Positions 11,966-23,274 of a stretch of DNA of 44,572 bases are shown here, in pieces. Every line of letters begins with the position of its first letter. The first letter of the stretch is position 1. Origin of the DNA: Octopus bimaculoides (Eukaryota); contig NC_068981.1 in assembly GCF_001194135.2 (NCBI RefSeq), forward strand, positions 45,825,746-45,870,317. Reading direction: 5' to 3'. The translations under genes were made by a program, and so were the position numbers. Under the pieces are notes generated by a model, which saw nothing but the letters and a program-made list of their open reading frames with translations, did no database searches and was not told the DNA's origin.

Positions 11966-13420
11966 TAGATATACGTGTTTGTATCGATGTATATGCACTG
12001 GTGTACACACAGCGCACATACACATACACAGGCACATGCACACACACATATATGTATATATATTTCTGTATTTCTGAAAGTGTGTTTTTACTACGGAGAG
12101 TATATCAAAAGAAACATATGCAATCATAGAAATAAATATGCATCATGTGCAATACTTTGCACACATATGGATTTTATAATCATTTTGAACAGAAATGGGG
12201 TCAAACAGTTCGATGGAGATATGTCTTCTCTAGGTCCATAATCTTACGTAGTTTTAAGTCTCTTACAGATTGTTACAGTCATTAGAATTTAAGATGAATA
12301 CAGCAACGGTGTCACAGATTGCACAGTATCCGTATATCAATATAGTGTCTTATCACTAATAAGAATAGAATATAACAGCAATCAATTCAGTGCCTCGATA
12401 CATCAAACTGCTAAATAGAAGTTCTTTAAAGAAGGCATATAACATGTTGAAATAGTTCTATTTTGTTCCCATTTTCATACGACTCTAAGTGGTAATACCA
12501 CTTAGATGAATATGATGAATAGTATTTGAAAGATATCGTAGTAAATTATAAAGAGAGGCTATTCTACTTCGTTTTAGTATCTGGTATAGAAGATACTTTA
12601 TATGAATTCCTGTGTTGAAACACATATTGTGTTGTCTAGGGAGAGTCATCATGCAAATACAATTCACACAAACAATAATTAAATTCCACTAATTTAAAAA
12701 ATATATTTTGTTTTGTTTTTGTTTATTTTAATTTTTTTTGTATAAAAGCTCTTTCGCAGTTTCTTGCAACATTTTCAATGACTACTAATTTCGTCCGTTA
12801 TAGAGGCCGGCTTATCTTTTTTCTTTTTTTTGAGAAATTGTGAGTGCGTGGCAGCGTCTGCTTGTGCATGTGTATGTACGTATGTATATCATTATTCAGT
12901 TTTATTTCCACAATTCTAGGCAATAAGGAAAGAGTAAATATCTAATCTGGAACCCAGATTCCTTCATTGGAATTTCAACATCAGCAACAAAGTATTTTTG
13001 TATGTATGAATATATGTACACATGCAAATTATGGTTTGCTTTATTTATGCCTTCTCATGCATGTACTTGCATATCTAGACATGCTCATATATAAAACTTA
13101 AATGATAAACATTTGGAAGGTTTAACAGATTTTTACAGTTACAATGATGGTCTGGAACTCTAGTCTTTGAATCAGCTCTCTCCTTTCTGTGAGTATCGAT
13201 TTGACAAACAAAACAACCGGATATTTAATGAATGAGTTTAATTAAACCAGTGTGTATGTTAATTATGTTGACTCAATGATTCTCTCGTGACACAATATAT
13301 AAAAAAAAAGTTTTACATATATTGTTAATGTACGGTGCAAAGACTTTTCCTCATCTTACGTTTTATATACATATGCGTGCACATGAGTGCGTGTGTGTGT
13401 TTGTGTGTGTGCCTGCGTGC

Positions 13421-13456
<36 letters not shown>

Positions 13457-14130
13457 NNNNNNNNNNNNNNNNNNNNNNNNNNNNNNNNNNNNNNNNNNNN
13501 NNNNNNNNNNNNNNNNNNNNNNNNNNNNNNNNNNNNNNNNNNNNNNNNNNNNNNNNNNNNNNNNNNNNNNNNNNNNNNNNNNNNNNNNNNNNNNNNNNNN
13601 NNNNNNNNNNNNNNNNNNNNNNNNNNNNNNNNNNNNNNNNNNNNNNNNNNNNNNNNNNNNNNNNNNNNNNNNNNNNNNNNNNNNNNNNNNNNNNNNNNNN
13701 NNNNNNNNNNNNNNNNNNNNNNNNNNNNNNNNNNNNNNNNNNNNNNNNNNNNNNNNNNNNNNNNNNNNNNNNNNNNNNNNNNNNNNNNNNNNNNNNNNNN
13801 NNNNNNNNNNNNNNNNNNNNNNNNNNNNNNNNNNNNNNNNNNNNNNNNNNNNNNNNNNNNNNNNNNNNNNNNNNNNNNNNNNNNNNNNNNNNNNNNNNNN
13901 NNNNNNNNNNNNNNNNNNNNNNNNNNNNNNNNNNNNNNNNNNNNNNNNNNNNNNNNNNNNNNNNNNNNNNNNNNNNNNNNNNNNNNNNNNNNNNNNNNNN
14001 NNNNNNNNNNNNNNNNNNNNNNNNNNNNNNNNNNNNNNNNNNNNNNNNNNNNNNNNNNNNNNNNNNNNNNNNNNNNNNNNNNNNNNNNNNNNNNNNNNNN
14101 NNNNNNNNNNNNNNNNNNNNNNNNNNNNNN

Positions 14131-14173
<43 letters not shown>

Positions 14174-15291
14174 TATTTACACACACACTCACACACACCC
14201 ATATTCATACATAAACACACACACACATATATGTGTCTGTGTGTTCGCATGTATGTATTATATATTCTAATGCACTAATGTAAACTATAAGTCACCGCTA
14301 CAACATCAACTACTATTGGACATACAGAAATATGAATTGGGAGACAAAATGAATGACATTGTATTACATATTCATAAATTGTATAATAACTCCTTTCCTT
14401 AACAAGATTATTAGTATTGATAACATCCTTTAGCTATTCCAAAGATAATGTCGACAAGAAGTATGCGTCATATTGCAAAAACTCTTAAATATATGTTTCA
14501 TACTTTCTTCGTGCTTCTCTCTCTTGTTCTCTCTGTCTGCATATCTCTCTCTTCCGCTCCTGTTGTCTCTTTTTCCTTCCTATATCAACCCTCCAGATAT
14601 ATATCGCAACCGATGCAAACACATTAGACTTTATCCTATTTTAACGTTGGCCCACCATTAAGAAACGATTAATCACCGCCATATAGCCTTTTATACAAGA
14701 ACATTTTTACCGACGGCTATAAATCAGCACGTTTGTGGAAATCCTTGCAAATGTACACATATTAATGAATTATCAGGATTGTGTTGGTAAACTTAACTCT
14801 ACATGATTCCAAAACTGTTTTGTATTTTATCTTTCAACGTCACTCACGAAAGATGTCGTAAAAATTCGTGCTTTTACTATTGGCACTAGTAAAGTCATCA
14901 AGAATGTTGACTGAATCAGCTATCTCTCGTTATATAAAATCCATGTCTTCGTGATAGATTACACTTTGGTATTGTACATTGATGTACAACTTTCGAATCC
15001 ACGTCTCAACTCTGACATTTCCTTACGTATTCATAAAACTACGTATTCCCTACATCCCCGAACGCCTACGCTTTTTAACTAATCTTACCTTTTAATTCAC
15101 CTTGATATGTGGCAGCCAAATTACTTTATATACAAATTCGTCAACTGACAAGAAAACTGCGATTATTCCATTAACATAAATATCGCATGAAATTAAATAA
15201 TTGCATGAGTTTATCATTTTTCATATCGAACTTTCGCAATAAAAAACAAATAATTTCTTATTTATAGTAACGTAATTATCAATTTTCACAG

Positions 15292-15406
15292 GAATAATTT
15301 ACTAGTGAAGAAATTGAAGGGTGAAAATTACCTTTTCAACTATCAGACTGTAGACTGTTACCTATCTGGTGGAGAGAAAATTTACAACGCAGAGTTGAAT
15401 ACTAAG
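15292..15406 (+). CDS. Best-supported candidate internal exon of unidentified host gene
   Basis: Strong acceptor AATTATCAATTTTCACAG| and donor AAG|GTTTTG. 38 open codons: NNLLVKKLKGENYLFNYQTVDCYLSGGEKIYNAELNTK (phase 2 to 0). Confidence 0.5.
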
Positions 15407-15471
15407 GTTTTGATATGCTTTCCCAAGAACATACTGGAATGCTAAAGTTTAAGCCCGAAACTTAAACATAC

Positions 15472-15670
15472 CATTTATACTTGTACAAGTACTGCAAGTT
15501 GACTCCAAAGACGTTTGACTCGATATGAACATATATAATGTTAGTGTACCAACACTAACCATCTGCAGTCCATTAAGAATATACTGATGTTGCTCAGCAA
15601 TTGTTATGGATTTAGAAATGAAAATTCCAGTTTCGAATGTCGGCGATAACTCATTGTTACACATATACCA
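15472..15670 (-). CDS. Candidate minus-strand exon
   Basis: Strong donor ATG|GTATGT and a moderate acceptor. 66 open codons: WYMCNNELSPTFETGIFISKSITIAEQHQYILNGLQMVSVGTLTLYMFISSQTSLESTCSTCTSIN. Confidence 0.35.
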
Positions 15671-15893
15671 CTACGATGTTATAGCACGTAAACATGAATT
15701 TCAGTTAGAATGAAGTATTTTAATTACTTCTATTTATAAGACTTATCCTAATCTCTCATTACGAACGCCAACACTACCTGTGAAATATTATATCTCCATT
15801 CGAATATGAGATTACTGCAACTATAGCCGAAGAAAATAACACAAACCAATGGCCTAGAAACCAACACAAACATGGTTTCCTTTCTGTCTCTCT

Positions 15894-15928
<35 letters not shown>

Positions 15929-16349
15929 TCCCCCTCTGTCTCTGTCTCTAGTAAATATTCTGTACTGCTTCATTTGACTGGTATCGTGCTATCTCGATTC
16001 AGTTACCATGACCATCCAACTTTCCTGATTAACATTCTATCAAATTTCACATTATGAATGAGAATGTACTCGAAAGCACTCAACCGTGAGAAGTAAGGTC
16101 TTCTATAATTCTTTCCATTTCCAACTATATTTTTTCTTATATAGCTGTTGATTTGTCACTCCTCAAACATACCGTTTCTAATATCAACGACACACCCAGC
16201 AAATTTCATGAGGGAATCCTACTTGAAATAGTTAGCGAAAAACTAAAAAGTTACCAGGCATTATACCTTGTCTCATTAATATGTTAAGGTTTTTCTGGAT
16301 TAGGTGATTTTTATACCTAGTATGTACTTTTCCATTAGGAACTCAATAC

Positions 16350-16800
16350 ATATCAGGTCATGAATTTGAAATGTCGATTTTGAACTGAAAGCTTATTTTA
16401 ATTTAGCTCAACCAAATTCAATGCAGTTAATCAAAGTATGCACCTAAATTATCAACACAATTTTGCCATTTTATCGGTATCTTATTTATGCCGGTAACGA
16501 AGATTTCTGGGGAGCAAGAGGTGATGAAATCATGAAAAGCTGTTTTTGCATCTTCTTCATATTTGAAGATTTTTCCTTGCAAAGAGTTCTCTAATGCCTG
16601 GAAAACGTGGTATTCTGTTGGTTCAAGGTCTGGTGGATACGATGGATGACATAGTACTTCTATGTTCAGTTCCTGTACCTTGAGTAGCATTATTTGTGCA
16701 ACATGTGGTCAAGCATTGTCCTGCAAGAGAATTGGTCGGTGTCTATTGACCAATCGCGGCTGTTTAAATCCAAGTTCACTTATATCATCCAATTGGTTAA
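16350..16800 (-). mobile_element. Mariner (D,D34D-type) transposase 3' remnant, pseudogenised
   Basis: KQPRLVNRHRPILLQDNA*PHVAQIMLLKVQELNIEVLCHPSYPPDLEPTEYHVFQALENSLQGK...KWQNCVDNLGAYFD. It has the YSPDL-like motif and 34 residues between the QDN Asp and the third acidic position. There is an in-frame stop. Confidence 0.92.
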
Positions 16801-16989
16801 TACAGTTGTATATTTAAGAGACGAGGAATTATGTCCATTAATTACATTGTTTACAATTGAGGGATATTTGTCCTCATCTTGTTTGCTGTTAACACAACTT
16901 ATTGGCTGATATACCCTCCAGCTTTCATCGGGTGTCTTGGTGAAATTTCGAACCTGGGTGCTCATCCCTAAGGTATTTTTCGATGTTGC

Positions 16990-17037
<48 letters not shown>

Positions 17038-17057
17038 CATTATTATCATTATTATCA

Positions 17058-17088
<31 letters not shown>

Positions 17089-17155
17089 TTGCCTGGAATC
17101 GAACTCGGAATATTGGGGTCAGTAGCCTACGCTCTTTACCACTATGCCATATGCC
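16801..17155 (-). mobile_element. tRNA-headed SINE-like element with internal (AAT)n and a degenerate hammerhead-like 3' part
   Basis: On the minus strand: A box TGGCATAGTGG (17139-17149), B box GAGTTCGATTC (17096-17106), then (AAT)n, then CCGATGA-AAGCTG-loop-CAGCC-AATAAG at 16899-16931. Confidence 0.7.
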
Positions 17156-17238
17156 CGTGGGAGCCTCCGAGCATTTAACAATATCCCTCTATCATATGGA
17201 TATTAATAACAATTCCATTTCCCACCTCTCCTCTCTCT

Positions 17239-17280
<42 letters not shown>

Positions 17281-20084
17281 CACACATCCAGATGTAGATA
17301 TAGATATGTATGTATATGGAATGGAATATTCAGAAAATGTATTCTTATATCGGAAAATTATATTGAACAGTAGAGAACACATTTACAAGAAAAATAAATT
17401 CGGAGAATAAAATAAAATCAATATCTAAACCGCTACTAATTTTTAAATCCCTTGGACAAATACAATAAATTAGGCAAAGCATTATGAATACCATATGCAA
17501 AATCAATAGCACGTAACTTCGAGATTTCCAAATAAATATTGATAAGAATATGAAGCCAGGTAAAGGTGAGTAAAACTGAATGTGATACGTGGAAGAATGA
17601 AGTCAAGAAATAACATCGACTTACTAGTGCCATTAGACTGCCACGTCGGAAGAAATTCACGGCAAGCCGAGCTTAGGATGAAGCGAACTTTAGGTTAGTT
17701 AAAATATGTTTGTGATATATTTCAAATTCTAAAGGCAAACTGAATGCAATTATGGTGCAGAAAATTTTTTTCTGTTCTGATAAAAATTTGGTAAGTTCCG
17801 TTATACCTGATACAGCTGAATTGAATTAAGTCTGTCTACAGTATTTCCTTTTGATAAAGACTAAAGAGCTTGAAACGTGTGTGGAAATTTGACAGTTGGT
17901 GCTTTTATACTTTTTTTTTAAAAATAAAAACGAATTTTTCTCCAAGACTGCTGCCGTGAATTTGCCTTTGGGAGTTGAAATATATGACAAACATATTTCA
18001 AGTAAACATATTTAAACATTCTTTCCCCCTGGTATAGCTATATGTGTGTGTGTGTGTGTGTGAGTGTATGCATGTGGGTATATGTATGCGTGTATGTGCA
18101 TATATACATGATATTTTTCTTTGTATGAAAATTACACCAATACATATTCTGAAGTAACTTAGAGAGCATTGTTTCACAGCAACTTTTTGAAGAACAACTG
18201 AATGTTTAATAATTTCGGGACATAAAAATATATATCATTTCTTAAATCATCTTCTTCAAGCAGCTGCTGGTGTGAGTGCAGCCTGTGTACTAGCTCCACG
18301 TTCTTTCATTCACTAAAATAAAATTGCTTTTATTAATGTTAATTATGAATTATGAATCAATTGTTTAGAGAGATCGCTAAACGAGCATTTCAAGATGTAG
18401 CAAAGTGATTTAGTAACGTTATTTCTAATAAGATCATGAAATCTTAGAGACAAATATGGTTGGGATAATGAGAAACTCCATTTAACAGTAGAAAACACAT
18501 CGCAGAAAGAAAGAAAACATATTTGCTGGACTAACTCTTGTCCAGGAAAAGGCTAACCTCTATAAATCAAAATAACCCAACAGATATTACATAAAACACT
18601 TCTACTAATGTACGCGTACATGATCGAACTTCCTTACTATGAAAAAAAAACCAACTCTATTCTATCAAATACTTAATTTGTAATTTTCCGCGTAAATGAT
18701 AGACCTCGTTATCATCTAGAATATCGCTTGGAAGCATAGCACCCATGTCATAGTTAAGAGCACATGATAATGATTAACGGTTATTCTTAGTAATAGAAAA
18801 TATTCCACCGTCAGGTGCACTAAAACTTGTTTATGTTGCTACATCAGCACACGCTGAATTCCTAGATTCCTCCTAGAAAAAAGGGAGTCTTATATTGGCA
18901 ATACATAAAAAGGAAACACACACTAGCCTCTGACCCGTTCACATCCTTTTTCCTCTTTCTTTCTTTCTCTCTTTCTCTCTCTCCCACTCTCACTCTCTCT
19001 ATAACCTTTCTATTGCTTGCGCTAGCACATGAGCAGTTGGTCATTGTGTGCTTCCACTTGAGAGACAATCGCAAACCGCTCGTATCTTTACTAAATATCC
19101 TCTGTTTATAATATACATACCGCCTGGACTATGCATTATATTCCACTCTCATTCCACAGAGTGTTGCAATTATGTAATCTCGTCTTGATCAGGAAACAGT
19201 TTAAATAGAAAATTAAAGGAATCAGTTACGAAAATTTCGTAACTCAGAAGTATGTAAAGAAAATCATCGTGTAATATTTGCAATATCACGCTCAGTCAAT
19301 TTTCACCTACATTAAATGATAAAATCATAAATAGATTGGAACAACCATCAGCATTGGTGCGCGCGCGCGCAGAAGATATTTGCTCAAGNNNNNNNNNNNN
19401 NNNNNNNNNNNNNNNNNNNNNNNNNNNNNNNNNNNNNNNNNNNNNNNNNNNNNNNNNNNNNNNNNNNNNNNNNNNNNNNNNNNNNNNNNNNNNNNNNNNN
19501 NNNNNNNNNNNNNNNNNNNNNNNNNNNNNNNNNNNNNNNNNNNNNNNNNNNNNNNNNNNNNNNNNNNNNNNNNNNNNNNNNNNNNNNNNNNNNNNNNNNN
19601 NNNNNNNNNNNNNNNNNNNNNNNNNNNNNNNNNNNNNNNNNNNNNNNNNNNNNNNNNNNNNNNNNNNNNNNNNNNNNNNNNNNNNNNNNNNNNNNNNNNN
19701 NNNNNNNNNNNNNNNNNNNNNNNNNNNNNNNNNNNNNNNNNNNNNNNNNNNNNNNNNNNNNNNNNNNNNNNNNNNNNNNNNNNNNNNNNNNNNNNNNNNN
19801 NNNNNNNNNNNNNNNNNNNNNNNNNNNNNNNNNNNNNNNNNNNNNNNNNNNNNNNNNNNNNNNNNNNNNNNNNNNNNNNNNNNNNNNNNNNNNNNNNNNN
19901 NNNNNNNNNNNNNNNNNNNNNNNNNNNNNNNNNNNNNNNNNNNNNNNNNNNNNNNNNNNNNNNNNNNNNNNNNNNNNNNNNNNNNNNNNNNNNNNNNNNN
20001 NNNNNNNNNNNNNNNNNNNNNNNNNNTATATATATATATATTTATAACTTTCATTTTATTTTATTTTATCTCATTTTATCTAGT

Positions 20085-20500
20085 TTCAGCTCATAAGTTG
20101 TGGCCATGCTGGGGCATATATATTCTTCTTTTATTATTTTACTTATTTCAGTCATTTGACTGCAGCCACATTGGATCACCGCCTTAAATTGTTCTAGTGG
20201 AAGAAATCAACACCAGCACATATTCTTTGTAAGCCTAGTACTTATTCTATCGGCTACTTTTCCACAACCGAAAATTTACGGGGACGTAAACACACAAACA
20301 CAAGTAAACACACTGGTTGTCAAACAATAGTATATATAAATATATACGACGGGCTTCATTCTGTTTCCGTCTACCAAATCCACTCACAAGGTTTTTATCG
20401 GCCTTAGTCTATGGTAGAAACACTTGCCCAAAGTGCTGGCACAGTGAGACTTAATCCGGAAACATGAATGGGAAGCAGGCTTCTTACCACACAACCGAGC
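20085..20500 (-). mobile_element. tRNA-derived SINE, near full length
   Basis: Head region near 20440-20500 (reverse complement of GAGACTTAATCCGGAAACATG...CTTACCACACAACC), internal CA/TA microsatellite, and a body shared with 10342-10576. Confidence 0.85.
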
Positions 20501-21425
20501 TTGTAATTGTGTGTGTGAGTGCGTAAGTATGAGTGTACGTGTATTATGCGACTGTGTATGCATACATGTACATATAACTTCTAATGTATCTGTACATTTA
20601 TTTATGTGTATGAGCTTGTTATTGAGTTTGTTAAAGCGCATATATTATGAATTCATTTATGCAAATACGTTAGGGCAATGCAGTAGATTTATAAGAATAC
20701 GGATAAGAGTGATACAATCAATAATGTACTCAGGAAATGTGAAATTAATTTAAATTTTCCTTCTATGTTGAAGTTGTAAGCACAAATCCAGCGATAAAAT
20801 TTAGCGTATCTGAAAGAGAAATCTAATAACAAGAATTAAAAATTAATTTCATTAAATTTATTTACATGCTTAGTCCGGTCTTTATAGCCGATAGATGAAC
20901 CTTCGACATGTTTAAGATTTAATCATCTTCATCAAGAGATCATACACAAATAGAGCGAACTTTGATAATTCGATAAAGCGTTACACGTATTAAAGATTTA
21001 CGTCTGATATTTGGCTATTGTTAATTTACATAATTGATGAAACAAATGTCCTATGAAAAATAAATCAAATGAGACAATACCAGAATTTTTAAAAAGAAGC
21101 TAAGAATGACCAAATATATGACTCACGGCAAAACTCTCAAATAATTATAATTTCATTCTTTTTTTGGAGACATTGATTAGCTTCCAAATATTTACTAGCG
21201 ATCGTAAAGCAAAAGGGTGATATTCTCAAGTAATTACGAAATAATTTTATAGAATAGATATTTACAACGAAAGACTCATCGATAGAAAGCATTATATGCA
21301 ATAACAAGAAATAATTTTTGATATAGACCAGCAGAATTAATTCACAGAATAACATGTATAATTTATTCTTTAAAATAAATTGTTTGAGGTGACTTATTGA
21401 TCAAAGACAGGTTAAATTAGAACAT

Positions 21426-21491
<66 letters not shown>

Positions 21492-22275
21492 TGTGTGTGT
21501 GTCTATGTGTGCAATTATTGGAGGCTATATAAACATGTCGATTTCAGCAGATAGTACATTCCTACTTCGAAAAGAATGAAGTAGTTATTGCTTATAAACT
21601 AAAAGGATCCTGTTTTTATGACTGATCATAAATGAAAAATTAGAATTTAAAACCAAAACTATTTTACTTTTGTAAGAGAAGAACACTCAAGTTATAATCG
21701 ACATATCAAATCCATTTGCGAAAAACGAATGAAATGCGATATTTCTCAAAGTGGAGATTTTAAAAACATATAGAGAGACGCTATTCAATATTTAGACTGA
21801 ATCTTGCTAACTAAATATTATATTCTGAACTCTACTGTGTGCCATATAACTGTATTTAATTTCAATTCGCTTGTGACCAACTAATGTATTATATGCAAAT
21901 CTGAACTCCTGTAAATGTTATATCCCTTTAAACTACTGCTATATTTCCTATCTCTTCAAGTTGTTGCAATCAATGTGTGTTTCCCAAAGCTACCTCAGAT
22001 TTCTTTTTACCCATTAGATTTCGTAGGTCCTGAATTACAAATTCTGCGCCAATAAGTTACATAAGTTTATTTCAGTTGTATTGCTCAGTATTAAGTGGTG
22101 AGAATCTCTAAAATATAATGTGGCTTGTGTGAAAACTACACATCTGCCCAGTGCTTCTCCCATCGGATTCACAGACGCACAAATCTGAAGGTTGGCAGAT
22201 AGGGTATTTTTAAACCTTGTACAGTAGAACAGATTTTTTTTTCATCCACATTATCAGCAGAGAATATGCTTGTAG

Positions 22276-22361
22276 AAGTTAAGATATGTCAGAAACATAG
22301 CTGATGCTGTCATATCTATTCCGACCAGGTGGTCGAATATCGCACCTCAAACAATGATGTT
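22276..22361 (+). CDS. Candidate exon (strand ambiguous)
   Basis: Acceptor TGCTTGTAG| and strong donor TT|GTGAGT. Frame KLRYVRNIADAVISIPTRWSNIAPQTMM. Overlapping minus-strand frames are also open. Confidence 0.3.
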
Positions 22362-23192
22362 GTGAGTTTTTGATTAAAACTACAGTGTTGAATCGGTCCA
22401 GGTATATCCCCCTTCGGGATTTCCCATTGAGCAATGTTAAGAATCCGGAAACACGCGGCTTAGAATCCAACAATCGACAGATATGGTGTTATTATTAATT
22501 TTGTTATGAGAGAGAAATTTTCTCCACGGTAACGGCACCGGATTTGACTTTAGACTTTAAAATAATTCACAAATATATTTTATCTAGCGTAAAATTCGTT
22601 GACAATAATAATGATTTCGTTAATAATAATAATGATTTCGCTAGATTAAAACATTCAATGTAGATTCTTGATGGAATTATCCCTAATTCAATTCGGTGAT
22701 ATTGCTTTTTCACGAAAACTTTACTTCTGTTTCTCACCTGAGTACCGTACTTTTATAGTCTTAAAATCAAACATTTTCTTTATTTATGCTACCTCCTGAA
22801 TTTTTCTCCTCATTTCATCTCTCTAACTTTCGATTTCAGTATTTTTAAATGTAACATATTAGAACTCAACGAGAGAAAAAAAGAATATATTTATAAGAAA
22901 TCAGCCGGGTTATTTATATTTAATTACATTATTCTCAAAACCTGCTTCCAAAGGAATTTATATGCAGACATTTACCTATATGCGATTGCGTATATACCGT
23001 AGTATTTTTCGTTTTCTTTAAAATGTTAACTTTTGAAGAGCGAAGTATTAACATACCAGCAACCTGACATACTTCAGTGCAACGTGCGCATAATACGTAA
23101 AAGTACAACCTCCCTCGTCCAACATATTTAGGGAATTGACTTCACACAATAAACTTTAGATTGGTTTGAGTAGTATTAAAGAATAATTGTTT

Positions 23193-23274
23193 CTTATATT
23201 ATAACAGTACACAATTGTGTACTTATATTATAACAGTACACAATTGTTATTATAGCATAATAACAGTACACAAT
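23193..23274. repeat. Short minisatellite, three copies of TAACAGTACACAAT at 29-30 bp period
   Basis: Copies at 23202, 23231 and 23261. It includes the perfect palindrome GTACACAATTGTGTAC (23207-23222). Confidence 0.85.

Noticed and set aside
13322-14278. Long ORFs of 275-318 aa, and similar ones at 9109-9573, 11138-11723, 19296-20187, 30253-31629, 37489-37950 and 41662-42001
   Set aside because: These are artefacts of N gaps translated as X plus flanking microsatellites.
17090-17155. tRNA-like sequences here and at 2465, 34757 and 41578
   Set aside because: Only A/B boxes are present, with no full cloverleaf or acceptor stem, and each runs into a SINE body. They are SINE heads, not tRNA genes.
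19357-19370. (GC)n alternating tracts (also about 3235 and 37475) as Z-DNA elements
   Set aside because: They are short and mostly sit in or near CA/TG microsatellite-rich sequence, which is common in this kind of genome.
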